A stretch of 64,000 bases of DNA from Enterobacterales bacterium (lineage in GTDB: Bacteria; Pseudomonadota; Gammaproteobacteria; Enterobacterales; GCA-002770795): assembly GCA_041556195.1 (NCBI GenBank), contig JBFFIY010000004.1, positions 5,646-69,645 on the forward strand, given 5' to 3'. The translations under genes were made by a program, and so were the position numbers. This document shows, in pieces, positions 18,307 through 27,412 of this stretch (positions within the stretch are counted from its first letter, which is position 1; the number at the start of each line of letters is the position of its first letter). The notes beneath the pieces are model-generated. The model worked only from the letters and a program-made list of their open reading frames with translations, was not told the origin of the DNA and ran no database searches.

Positions 18307-19767
18307 TTACCCTTGTTTAGAGAAATTTTTTAGTTCTCCAATAAGAGCGCTTGAATAGTCCTTAATTTGACTAAGAATTTGCTTTTGTATGGGGCTATTA
18401 TCAGGTTGATTTTGTAAGTCTTCTAACTTCGTGAGTAGTTGTGGGTAGTTGAGCGTAGCATCTGAGTCTTCAGATAGAAGCATGAATGCTCTATATTCAT
18501 TCCATGCTTGAATTTCTTGTACTGATAAACTCTCTGGAGCATTTCTTGCCCGATATCTCAACAGCATTTCATCCAGTCGCCCATCATTAAAATAGAAAGT
18601 TGATTGGCTAAGATCATGCCAGCTTAGCTTTCTAATATGCTCCATTTGCTTTTTATCTGAAGCTGAGAAAAAACCGCCAGAATAGAGTGCATAATCTGGA
18701 TTGCTAATGGGAGCAAATTTATTCTGAGTGTAAACCTCATGTAAGGTATGGCAAAAACTATTTAGAAAACCGGACACTATTTGTGCTTTATCTATACATT
18801 CACTCAGATTGATGTTTAGTCGTTTTTGAACAGTTTCATTAAGCACACCCAATGGCGCTATGGCAGGACATTTATTAAGATGAACTTCTTTAATTGCAAC
18901 TCGCTCGATACCTTCGGGTAAATCTTCTTGTCTGGTAAAGAGCCTTAAGGATAGTTCTTCCGGTGTTAAGTTATGTAAATCATCAATAGACGGTACAAGA
19001 TTCAGACAAATGATACTATTTTTATTAACAGGATGTGCCATTAAAGGCATCATAACGCCGGTAAATTGATTATTACTGCCCAACATACCTGAACAATGCA
19101 CAAAGGGTTTTCTGGTCTCTAAATTGATTTCGAGAGAGGCTCGGTTTTTCTTTCTTAAATCAAATAAGAAGTTAAATAGTCTGGGTTGTTTTTGTTTAAC
19201 TAATTTTGCCATGGCAATGGTAGCATAAACATCTGCCAGTGCATCATGGGCATTCTCATGTTCTACCCCATTAGCTTTGGTTAATAGTTCCAGACGAAAA
19301 CTGGCTTTACCTTCCTCGTTGATGGGCCACTTGATGCCCTCTGGTCTAAGTGCATGGGTCATGCGTAACATGTCTAGAATATCCCAACGGGAGTTACCAT
19401 TTTGCCACTCTCTGCTATAAGCGTCATAAAAATTACGATAGAGCCCAAAACGAATGACTTCATCATCAAAACGAATGCTGTTGTAACCAACGGAGCAGGT
19501 ATTAGCTGTTGAAATTTCAGCCTGTATAGTATTAAAAAAATCCCTTTCACAAACACCTTGCTCCATAGCTTGTTGTGGAGTGATTCCGGTTACTAAACAG
19601 GCTTCTGGATGGGGCAGAAAGTCGTTTGAAGGCTTACAAAAAATATTTAAAGGCTCACCGATGATATTAAAATTATGATCGGTACGAATACCCGCAAACT
19701 GACTAGGTTTATCTTTGGCAGGATTGATTCCGAAGGTTTCAAAATCAAACCAGTAAAATGTTTGCAA
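18307..19767 (-). CDS. sbcB: Exodeoxyribonuclease I
   Basis: The N-terminus FYWFDFETFGINPAKDKPSQFAGIRTD matches the SbcB DEDDh exonuclease N-terminus. HDALADV is present. Length 486 aa. Confidence 0.9.
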   Translation of the reverse strand: MQTFYWFDFETFGINPAKDKPSQFAGIRTDHNFNIIGEPLNIFCKPSNDFLPHPEACLVTGITPQQAMEQGVCERDFFNTIQAEISTANTCSVGYNSIRFDDEVIRFGLYRNFYDAYSREWQNGNSRWDILDMLRMTHALRPEGIKWPINEEGKASFRLELLTKANGVEHENAHDALADVYATIAMAKLVKQKQPRLFNFLFDLRKKNRASLEINLETRKPFVHCSGMLGSNNQFTGVMMPLMAHPVNKNSIICLNLVPSIDDLHNLTPEELSLRLFTRQEDLPEGIERVAIKEVHLNKCPAIAPLGVLNETVQKRLNINLSECIDKAQIVSGFLNSFCHTLHEVYTQNKFAPISNPDYALYSGGFFSASDKKQMEHIRKLSWHDLSQSTFYFNDGRLDEMLLRYRARNAPESLSVQEIQAWNEYRAFMLLSEDSDATLNYPQLLTKLEDLQNQPDNSPIQKQILSQIKDYSSALIGELKNFSKQG

Positions 19768-19966
19768 GAGAGTTCACCCTTAAATGGAGTATATGGCAAG
19801 ATTATGCTATTGAATTTAGCTGGTTGCAACATGTGACGGATTAATTTAAACAGCAAAGCCTGTAACATATTGTTTTTTTGTTAGTTTATGATATGGATTG
19901 GCGTTGTTACTGATGATGGCTATCTTTATTTTGAGTAATAGACAAATAGTTTGTAACGATACATTT

Positions 19967-20074
19967 TTTGTAACCATTCAGAGAGTAGTAAAATGCACCC
20001 GTAGCTGAATAGTTAACAATTTTGTAACTACTCAGCGAGTTGTTAAATGTGCTCGTAGCTGAATAGTTACGCAA
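19967..20074. repeat. Two tandem copies of a 54-bp unit upstream of the AhpD-like gene
   Basis: Unit 1 is 19967-20020 and unit 2 is 20021-20074. My ungapped hand alignment gives 42 of 54 identical positions, including the shared core cgtagctgaatagtta. A third tttgtaac lies at 19950-19957. Confidence 0.8.
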
Positions 20075-20098
20075 TTTTTTTATTAAAGGAGAAGTAAC

Positions 20099-20647
20099 AT
20101 GACTGAGTTTACCGTACATAATATAGAAACCGCACCTGAAGAGAGTAAACCATTGCTTGAAGACTCTTTAAAATTTTTTGGTATGATCCCTAACATACAT
20201 GGCGTTATGGCGGAAGCTCCCGGTGTGCTTGAAGGTTATAAAACAATGGTGGGTCTTTTTCAAAATTCATCATTAGATGCTGAAGAATTGACCGTTGTCT
20301 GGCAGACGATTAATGTAGAACATGGATGTCATTATTGTGTACCCGCTCATACTGCAATTGCTCACATGATGAAGGTTGATCCTGCATTGTCTGATGCCTT
20401 AAGAAACCGTCAGCCTATGCCAACTGATAAACTTCAGGCATTACATGAGATGACACTTTCAATTATAAGAAATCGAGGAAAGGTTGATGATGCTGAACTG
20501 GAAAAATTCTTTGCTGCCGGTTACGGAAAACGACAACTTATGGAAATTATTTTAGGCGTTTCACATAAAGTGATGAGTAACTATATTAATCATATTGCAG
20601 AGACACCTTTAGATGAAGCCTTCGCTCCCTTTGAATGGTCAAAGTAA
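20099..20647 (+). CDS. Carboxymuconolactone decarboxylase / AhpD-like family protein
   Basis: 182 aa with EHGCHYCVPAHT (the CxxC..H motif of the AhpD-like fold). AAGGAG lies upstream of the ATG. Confidence 0.75.
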   Translation: MTEFTVHNIETAPEESKPLLEDSLKFFGMIPNIHGVMAEAPGVLEGYKTMVGLFQNSSLDAEELTVVWQTINVEHGCHYCVPAHTAIAHMMKVDPALSDALRNRQPMPTDKLQALHEMTLSIIRNRGKVDDAELEKFFAAGYGKRQLMEIILGVSHKVMSNYINHIAETPLDEAFAPFEWSK

Positions 20648-20703
20648 TCAATTTAGTTGAATCCTGGTTCAACTGATTAATTCAGATTGAACATATTTAA
20701 AGG

Positions 20704-20732
20704 CCTCGGTATCATTTGATTCGAGGTTTTTT
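20704..20732 (+). terminator. Terminator candidate after the AhpD-like gene
   Basis: cctcg ... cgagg stem followed by tttttt. Confidence 0.45.
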
Positions 20733-20753
20733 GTTCTTTTTAGGAGTGTAGTA

Positions 20754-21347
20754 GTGATACCAATGGGAGAGCCTGCGAATTTTGTAACAGGTTTAGTTTC
20801 TACCTTTTCAGTTATAGGTCTGGCTGAATTTGGCGATAAAAGCCAGTTGGTTTGTATGAGTCTTGCAATGCGTTATCGAGCACTTCCTGTTTTTTTCGGC
20901 GCGTTGACAGCATTCTCATTGTTGAACTTAATGGCAATAACTGTAGGGAAAGTGGCATTACTCTGGCTACCTGCTACGTGGGTTTTAATAGGTGTTGGAT
21001 TGTTATTTTTAGGTTTTGGATTGCATAGTTTTTATGTAACCGAAGAAAATAATGATGATTTAGTAAAAAGTAAAACTAGTCATGGTGTTTTTATAAGTAC
21101 AGTATTATTACTAACCGTGGCAGAATTTGGAGATAAAACGCAATTAGCGGTTGCTGGCCTGGCAACGAGCCTGGATATATATAGTGTATGGTTTGGGGCT
21201 ACCCTGGCTTTAGCCACAACATCAGCGATTGGGATCTGGGCAGGTAGACAATTACTGCAATCGATGTCAATGAAAATAGTTCATCAGATCAGTGGTCTTT
21301 TATTTTTTGTACTAGGTATTGCTGCATTTATTAAGGCTTTTATCTGA
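20754..21347 (+). CDS. UPF0016 / GDT1-TMEM165 family cation (Ca2+/Mn2+) transporter
   Basis: Two copies of the signature E-x-G-D-K-[ST] (AEFGDKSQ and AEFGDKTQ) within a 6-transmembrane protein. GTG start after AGGAG. Confidence 0.8.
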   Translation: MIPMGEPANFVTGLVSTFSVIGLAEFGDKSQLVCMSLAMRYRALPVFFGALTAFSLLNLMAITVGKVALLWLPATWVLIGVGLLFLGFGLHSFYVTEENNDDLVKSKTSHGVFISTVLLLTVAEFGDKTQLAVAGLATSLDIYSVWFGATLALATTSAIGIWAGRQLLQSMSMKIVHQISGLLFFVLGIAAFIKAFI

Positions 21348-21358
21348 GAAAACGTCAT

Positions 21359-21391
21359 TCAGCCTCAGGAACATCTAATTCATGAGGCTGA
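21359..21391. terminator. Hairpin between convergent genes (possible bidirectional terminator)
   Basis: tcagcctca / tgaggctga forms a 9-bp perfect stem between the GDT1-like stop (21347) and the NRPS stop (21413). Confidence 0.45.
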
Positions 21392-21412
21392 CTATTTCTC
21401 TGAGAGTTGAGG

Positions 21413-24400
21413 TTAAGTTAGGTTGTTACTAATAGTCTCAATGGTTTTCATCAGGTTATCAGAAAGCATCTGAACAGTTTTGTCAGTAAAGAGTTTCTGG
21501 CTATAGGTTAAACGAATTGTGAGCTTTTCTTCAATTACACCAGCTTCGAAATAGAGTAAGTATCCCAGATGATTGGCATCGTCAATCTCAGTAATTCCCT
21601 GTAAATCCATTGTCGGTTTAAAAGGAATTTTATCAGGCATTATTGCGTCAATTTGACCTACATAATTAAAGAATAGTTGAGGATTTTGATGTGCTGTTAT
21701 TTCGGGATGTTTGCTAATGTATCTAAGAATATTGTAGTTCATATTTCTAGTTGGCACCTGAGCCAATTGTTCGGTGATGTCCTTCACAAAGGCTAAATCG
21801 TCATTAGATGTAGAACTATTTGCTACAAGCCTGACAGGGAAAACTGTATTTAGCCAACCAACAGTTCGAGATAAATTAATATCTGTCTGGCCACTATCTC
21901 GACCATGACCACAGATACTCACAGTGGCTTCGTTTTCATTGGTCCATTGTTGAGTCATTTTCAGAAAACTCGCAAGAAGAATATTCTGAATTTTTAGCCC
22001 AAGATTTGCAGGTATGGTTTTTAATAACTTTTTAGTGCAATCATGTGATGTCTCAAAGGTTATAGTCTTGGCCGAAGCCTCGATATTAGAATGATTATCT
22101 AAAGGGAAGTCTGTAGGAATTGTTGGACTGGGGTGCGTTGCAAGTTGTCCCCAATAATTTAAATCAGTTGTAAAATCGGCATTGTGGGCATACTGGTGTA
22201 AATACTCAGTCCATTGTTTTAAGGAAGAAGTTTTTTGGGCGAGTTTGATTTTAAGGCCGCGTCTGGCATATTCATAACCCTTCATCAAGTCTTCAAAAAT
22301 AATTCTGGAAGAAACCATATCTAATAACAGGTGGTGGGCAACAATGGCTAGTTTTCCTTCGTTTTTTGAAGTTTTAAAGTAAAGAGCTTGAATAAGTGGA
22401 GCTTCATTAAGCCGGATATTTTTATTACTTTGATTAATGTATTCGATAATTTCATTGGATTGATTCTCAGGCGCTGATTGAGTTAAATTGTAATTAAATA
22501 GTACTTTTTTATCTGGTAAACAATTTGAACTTTGTTGGATCCAGCTTTCATCATCGTGTTGTAAGAATCTAACCCTGAGAGCATCATGATGCATGAGTAG
22601 GTTATCTATCGATTTTTGTAAGGCTTTAACTGAAATATTTTTATCGACATTAAATAAAAACAGTCTGTTCCAGTGATTGGGATTTACGAAATCATCACTG
22701 AAAAATTTGATTTGTCTGGCACTGAGTGGAAACTCTCCTTCGATATGTGTTTGTTCAACATTTACCTTTGTTAGTTTTGAACTAACAGCGGCTAAATCAG
22801 AAATTGTTCTTTGGTCAAATAAGGTACTGGTTTCAAAAATTAAACCTTTCTCTTCGGCGGCGCAGACAAATTGAATAGCCATTAAGCTATCGCCACCCAA
22901 ATCAAAAAAGCTGTCATGAATACTAATTTTCCCGGTTGGAATTTTAAGGATCTCCGACCAGATATTAGCAAGTTTTTTCTCAATTTTAGTTGAGGCAGGG
23001 GTGAATTTAGTGAAACGTTTAATAGACTGTTCCGGTTTGGGTAATTTATTCCTGTTAAGTTTACCGCTATTGGTTCTAGGGATTTCATCCATTTTCACAA
23101 ACAATGCTGGAATCATATAACTCGGAATATTCTCTGATAGAAAGTTTTTTATATCTTCGGTTACCAGATCTTTTTCACTAACGTAATAGGCTACTAATCG
23201 TTTAGCTTCTTCCCCTTTCCCGTGGGTAACAATAACAACATCTTTAATTGATTCAAAGCCGGATAGAACAGTTTCAATTTCAGCTAGTTCAATTCTGAAA
23301 CCACGAATCTTAACTTGTGAATCAAGCCTTCCGAGAAAATCTATATTGCCATCTTCCTGATAACGAGCCAGATCCCCTGTTTTATAAAGTGTGTCACTGG
23401 GATTGTTTGAAAAAGGATTTTTGATAAATGCTACTTCAGTTAATTCGGGGCGATTGAGATAACCATCTGCGATCCCAACTCCTCCGAGGTAAAGTTCACC
23501 AGCCACTCCTTTGGGTTGTAGTTGCAAATTATCATCGAGAATGTAGCTTTGTGTGTCAGATAATGGCTTACCTATTGGGATACAAGATGATTGAATATGA
23601 GGTTCGCAATAACTAAAAGTTGAATAAATGCTGGCTTCAGTTGGACCATAGAAATTATATAATTCAGCCTGGGACATATGATAAAAATTATCACGTAATG
23701 ATGGTGCTAATGCTTCACCGGCAGCAAGTACGCGAGTTAAACTATTAAGATCATCATTTTTAGCAATAGATAATAATGCGTTGAGTAAAGAAGGAACCAT
23801 GCAGCTAGTGGTGATTTGGTGTTGTTTGATCAAATCAATAAGATAGCCAGGATCTTTGTTTTTATCCTGTTCAATTAATGCTAAAGATGCACCAGAAATT
23901 AAAGGCCAGAAAATTTCAGCCACAGAAACATCAAAAGTAAAATCTGTACTCTGTAGCATGATATCAGTAGTATTTAAAGGTAATTCATTATGTAAAAACA
24001 ATAATCTTGGAGTGACATTTTTATGGAGGATGGGTACACCCTTAGGTTTTCCTGTAGATCCTGATGTGTAAATGATATAGGCGAGTGCATCTTCAGTGAT
24101 ATTCAGTTCAGGGTTTTCATCTGAATACATATGAGTTTGAGACGCTTCTTCATTTAAATTGAAATAGATTGAATTGATTGATTTTGAAGATTTTAAATCA
24201 TCACAAAGAGACTGTGTTTCATTGTTGTAAATCAGCAAATCAGCATTGGTATCCTCAAGAATAAATTCAATTCTGAACCTGGGGTAATCGGGGGCTAAAG
24301 GAATATAACAACTGCCGGTTTTTAATATGGCTAACAAGCTGGTAATGAGCTCGGGCCCACGGTTAAGGCAAACAGCAATTTTACTATGAGGTTTAATTCC

Positions 24401-26071
24401 TTTTTCAATCAGGTGGTGTGCAAGCTGATTGGCTCTTTCGTTGAGTTGTTGATAGCTGAGTTTTTGCTCGCTGAGTAGTGAAGAGTTAAGTTGTGAAGAA
24501 CTAGTCGCTTGTAATGTATTTCCATCTGCATTAAAAAGCAGAGCTGTAGCTTGAGAAGTAGATGTAACCTGTTGTTCAAATAATTGTTGAATGGATTTAA
24601 TAGAACTTGTTTCTGAAGCAATATTTTTTGCTTGTCCTAATGTAAGAAGTTGAGCTTCTTCCTCAGCGGAGTTTAATTTAAATTGACTGAGTTTAAGATC
24701 GGGGTTTGTAGTCATTTGCTCCAGAATCAACCGGATATGATTCATCGCTTGTTCAATAAACTTTCTATCAAACATGGAGGTGCGGTACTCGAACCATAAG
24801 CCTATGCCATTTTCTAATATTTCATAGGATAAAGATAAATCGTCATTAACATCATTATATTCAGATTCTAGTGGCTGAGTTGTTATACCTTCAAGGTGTA
24901 AATTGAAAATTCTGGATACGGTTTGTGCCATGGATAAATTAAACATAGTTCCATCAAAATCAGTAACCGTTTCACGAATTGTGCTCACGATATCCAAGGC
25001 TGGAAATTTTTGATGGCGTTTATCTTCTTTACGACTGGCAGAGACCCTTCCGAGTAACTCGTGATAAGTCGGATCACCAGAAAGATCAATTCGGACAGGA
25101 ATAATATTTACGAAAAAACCGAAAAGGTGTTTGAAACCAGGCGGACGAATATTGACAGGATAACCAATTAAAATATCATTTAACGCAAAATAACGATGGA
25201 TAAATATACTAAAAGCACAAACAATAACATTAAATAGAGTGGTTTTGTTTTTAGAGGTATTTTCTTTAAGTGCTTTAGCAAGTTCCTGACTGATATCAAA
25301 ATAAACACGGTGGCCTTGCTTGTCATCAACCTGTTGATTTTTTCGGCCATAACTATAGTCAAAATAATGATTAGCATCTAAGAGTCGATTTTGCCAATGG
25401 GTTTTAGATAAAGCATGTTTTTCTTCATCTAATTGAGTACGGCTGTCATTAAAATAATCATCCCAATTTTTTTTGGTCGGATCATAAGCTGTTTCTAGTC
25501 CCTGATAACCTTCATTGTAAGCAATAGAAAGAGACTCAAGGAAGAGAACCGCAGAGCGACCATCAGAGATCATATGAGGAACCATGCCAATAAGATAGTG
25601 AGTGTTAATGGCTGTTTTAATCAGCGCAGCACGCACTATGGGAAATTCTTTAAGATCAACGGGTGTGTTTAATTTTTTTGACAGGTAATCGAGTCCCTGT
25701 TGTTTTTGCTCTTCAGTCTCTTGTAAATTATCTGTAGAAATGTCTTCATAATCTAAAAAATAGACAGCCTCTTGCTTCATACATTGATAAGGGACCCCTT
25801 TTTTTTCAATAAAATAAACTTTTAGAGAATCAAAATATTTTACAATATCATGCAGCGCCTGACCCAGACGATTTTTATCCATTGGGCCGGTAAGTTTGAC
25901 CTTAACACAGGTGTTATAGGAAGTGTTTTCCGGATGTAACTTCCATTCGATCCAAAGACCCTGTTGTTGTTTGGTCAGAGGATAAATTTTATCGTTTGAA
26001 GTTTGTTTGGACATAGATATTCCGCTAGTTTCTGCGCTAATTGTATCTGTAGTAAAATTTTCTATCTTCAT
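21413..26071 (-). CDS. Single-module non-ribosomal peptide synthetase, domain order C-A-T-C
   Basis: 1552 aa.
- C1: active-site motif PHMISDG at about aa 165-171.
- A domain: LSYQQLN, YTSGSTGKPKG, FDVSV, NFYGPTE, GELYLGG, YKTGD, KIRGFRIEL, NSGKLNR.
- T domain: FFDLGGDSL, with the Ser at about aa 1062.
- C2: HHLLLDMVS at about aa 1246.
No TE, R or E domain is present. Confidence 0.95.
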   Translation of the reverse strand: MKIENFTTDTISAETSGISMSKQTSNDKIYPLTKQQQGLWIEWKLHPENTSYNTCVKVKLTGPMDKNRLGQALHDIVKYFDSLKVYFIEKKGVPYQCMKQEAVYFLDYEDISTDNLQETEEQKQQGLDYLSKKLNTPVDLKEFPIVRAALIKTAINTHYLIGMVPHMISDGRSAVLFLESLSIAYNEGYQGLETAYDPTKKNWDDYFNDSRTQLDEEKHALSKTHWQNRLLDANHYFDYSYGRKNQQVDDKQGHRVYFDISQELAKALKENTSKNKTTLFNVIVCAFSIFIHRYFALNDILIGYPVNIRPPGFKHLFGFFVNIIPVRIDLSGDPTYHELLGRVSASRKEDKRHQKFPALDIVSTIRETVTDFDGTMFNLSMAQTVSRIFNLHLEGITTQPLESEYNDVNDDLSLSYEILENGIGLWFEYRTSMFDRKFIEQAMNHIRLILEQMTTNPDLKLSQFKLNSAEEEAQLLTLGQAKNIASETSSIKSIQQLFEQQVTSTSQATALLFNADGNTLQATSSSQLNSSLLSEQKLSYQQLNERANQLAHHLIEKGIKPHSKIAVCLNRGPELITSLLAILKTGSCYIPLAPDYPRFRIEFILEDTNADLLIYNNETQSLCDDLKSSKSINSIYFNLNEEASQTHMYSDENPELNITEDALAYIIYTSGSTGKPKGVPILHKNVTPRLLFLHNELPLNTTDIMLQSTDFTFDVSVAEIFWPLISGASLALIEQDKNKDPGYLIDLIKQHQITTSCMVPSLLNALLSIAKNDDLNSLTRVLAAGEALAPSLRDNFYHMSQAELYNFYGPTEASIYSTFSYCEPHIQSSCIPIGKPLSDTQSYILDDNLQLQPKGVAGELYLGGVGIADGYLNRPELTEVAFIKNPFSNNPSDTLYKTGDLARYQEDGNIDFLGRLDSQVKIRGFRIELAEIETVLSGFESIKDVVIVTHGKGEEAKRLVAYYVSEKDLVTEDIKNFLSENIPSYMIPALFVKMDEIPRTNSGKLNRNKLPKPEQSIKRFTKFTPASTKIEKKLANIWSEILKIPTGKISIHDSFFDLGGDSLMAIQFVCAAEEKGLIFETSTLFDQRTISDLAAVSSKLTKVNVEQTHIEGEFPLSARQIKFFSDDFVNPNHWNRLFLFNVDKNISVKALQKSIDNLLMHHDALRVRFLQHDDESWIQQSSNCLPDKKVLFNYNLTQSAPENQSNEIIEYINQSNKNIRLNEAPLIQALYFKTSKNEGKLAIVAHHLLLDMVSSRIIFEDLMKGYEYARRGLKIKLAQKTSSLKQWTEYLHQYAHNADFTTDLNYWGQLATHPSPTIPTDFPLDNHSNIEASAKTITFETSHDCTKKLLKTIPANLGLKIQNILLASFLKMTQQWTNENEATVSICGHGRDSGQTDINLSRTVGWLNTVFPVRLVANSSTSNDDLAFVKDITEQLAQVPTRNMNYNILRYISKHPEITAHQNPQLFFNYVGQIDAIMPDKIPFKPTMDLQGITEIDDANHLGYLLYFEAGVIEEKLTIRLTYSQKLFTDKTVQMLSDNLMKTIETISNNLT

Positions 26072-26835
26072 GAGGTGTGAAAGTATTCTCTAGTAGGGAT
26101 AACCAACGCATAGGGTACTTTTGATGAACAGGGGCTGCCATCCCAGTAATGGTAATTAATGGTTTTATCGTCAATGGTTAGATGACTCAAACTAACGGTT
26201 GTTGCATCATCCCGGTGCATACAAATTGAATTTTTTCCCGGAGCAGGGTGATGAGAACGATGTAACATTAACTGCTGCTCAATAGATTGTGGTGGTTGCT
26301 CTTCAAAGTAGTGTGATCTTTGATGAATAACAGATTTGGTATCTACACTTGATGAGGTGGCAAAAGCCGGCAAGTCAACTTGATTAAGCACAGTCCCATC
26401 CCAAACCAGTTGAGTTTTGACAGATTTAGAAATCATTAATAATCTAAAAGCTTGATACTGTTTTAGATCAAGTGTTTTTAATTGGTCTAAAAGTTCAGCC
26501 TGACTTTGACAAAATGCTAATGACTTAATTAATAATCCGCGACTTTTTTGAATAAGCTTTTTTTTGCCTTCAGCCTGTTTTTGAGCCTGCTCCAGAACTT
26601 GTTCCTGAATTAAGGGAATTTGTTTTTCATAAAGGTTTAAAAGACACAGCAAAACTCCATCGTTATTAACAGCAAGCCAACTACCACCGCCATCGGGATC
26701 GATAGGCATTAATGCCTGTTGTTTGTTTTGCTCGAACTTTTTTGGCTTCATTGCCTTGCTTCGGAGTTTTTGTTCATCCCGATTAAAACAAATGGATAGT
26801 GTTTCTCCGGTTTGAAACCAACTTACTGAGCACAT
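26068..26835 (-). CDS. NRDE / TANGO2-family protein (Ntn-hydrolase-like, N-terminal Met-Cys)
   Basis: 255 aa, beginning MCSVSWF with the eponymous motif in SICFNRDEQ. The stop overlaps the NRPS start (ATGA). Confidence 0.8.
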   Translation of the reverse strand: MCSVSWFQTGETLSICFNRDEQKLRSKAMKPKKFEQNKQQALMPIDPDGGGSWLAVNNDGVLLCLLNLYEKQIPLIQEQVLEQAQKQAEGKKKLIQKSRGLLIKSLAFCQSQAELLDQLKTLDLKQYQAFRLLMISKSVKTQLVWDGTVLNQVDLPAFATSSSVDTKSVIHQRSHYFEEQPPQSIEQQLMLHRSHHPAPGKNSICMHRDDATTVSLSHLTIDDKTINYHYWDGSPCSSKVPYALVIPTREYFHTS

Positions 26836-27356
26836 GCCTGCTTCTGTTCATAAGCAACAGTTGAAGGTGCTTTGCCAAAGTTTGTGGCTGGAGTAATGTG
26901 ATTGACTCTTAAGATAATGGAAATAATGGCCATATGATGTGTCGTATGACTATGAACAAATTGTAATTCACGCAGCAGTGTTGATTTGCCTTCCATTATA
27001 GCAATGGTTGCATCAGTGGTTACTGATACAGAAATTTTTTGTTCCTGCGAGCCTTTGAGTTGTTCCAATTGCTCACAAATAACGCGGATTTTTTCACCTG
27101 CAACCGTCAACTCGCTTTCAATAACAGGATCACGTTCTCGCTTGTCATAATCTATTTCATTGCCGGGTAGACCTGAGAAAAGTGCGAAATAAAAATCAAG
27201 TATATGTCTGACATGACCGCCAATAGATGCGTTGCCAGCCACCAATTCAGGCTTTGAATACAAAGACCTATCTGTTTCATTGATAGATGTTAATGAACCA
27301 AACAGTTCATTTAATATTGATTGATTGTTAATGACAATCTTATCCAACAGATTCAA
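26823..27356 (-). CDS. DinB-superfamily (DinB_2/YfiT-like) metal-dependent protein
   Basis: 177 aa. His-rich motifs GGHVRHILDFY and FVHSHTTHH are spaced as in DinB four-helix-bundle metalloenzymes. TTG start 5 nt after GAGGAAG. The 3' end overlaps the NRDE gene by 13 nt. Confidence 0.7.
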   Translation of the reverse strand: MNLLDKIVINNQSILNELFGSLTSINETDRSLYSKPELVAGNASIGGHVRHILDFYFALFSGLPGNEIDYDKRERDPVIESELTVAGEKIRVICEQLEQLKGSQEQKISVSVTTDATIAIMEGKSTLLRELQFVHSHTTHHMAIISIILRVNHITPATNFGKAPSTVAYEQKQACAQ

Positions 27357-27412
27357 AATTTCTTCCTCAAGCCATTAATATTGTAGCGTGTGTGTAAATA
27401 CGAATTTCGACC

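Noticed and set aside
19907-20119. 70-aa minus-strand ORF with an internally repeated peptide (YSATSTFNNSLSSYK / YSATGAFYYSLNGYK)
   Set aside because: The peptide repeat simply mirrors the 54-bp tandem DNA repeat. The ORF overlaps the start of the AhpD-like gene, has no SD, and is low-complexity. I treat it as an artefact.
20648-20753. Possible yybP-ykoY manganese riboswitch upstream of the UPF0016/GDT1-family transporter, a family known to be associated with that riboswitch
   Set aside because: The interval is only ~105 nt. I cannot find the conserved GGGGAGUAG-type loop sequences. The hairpin with a T-run at 20704-20732 is better explained as the terminator of the upstream AhpD-like gene. 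An Infernal/Rfam scan would settle the question.
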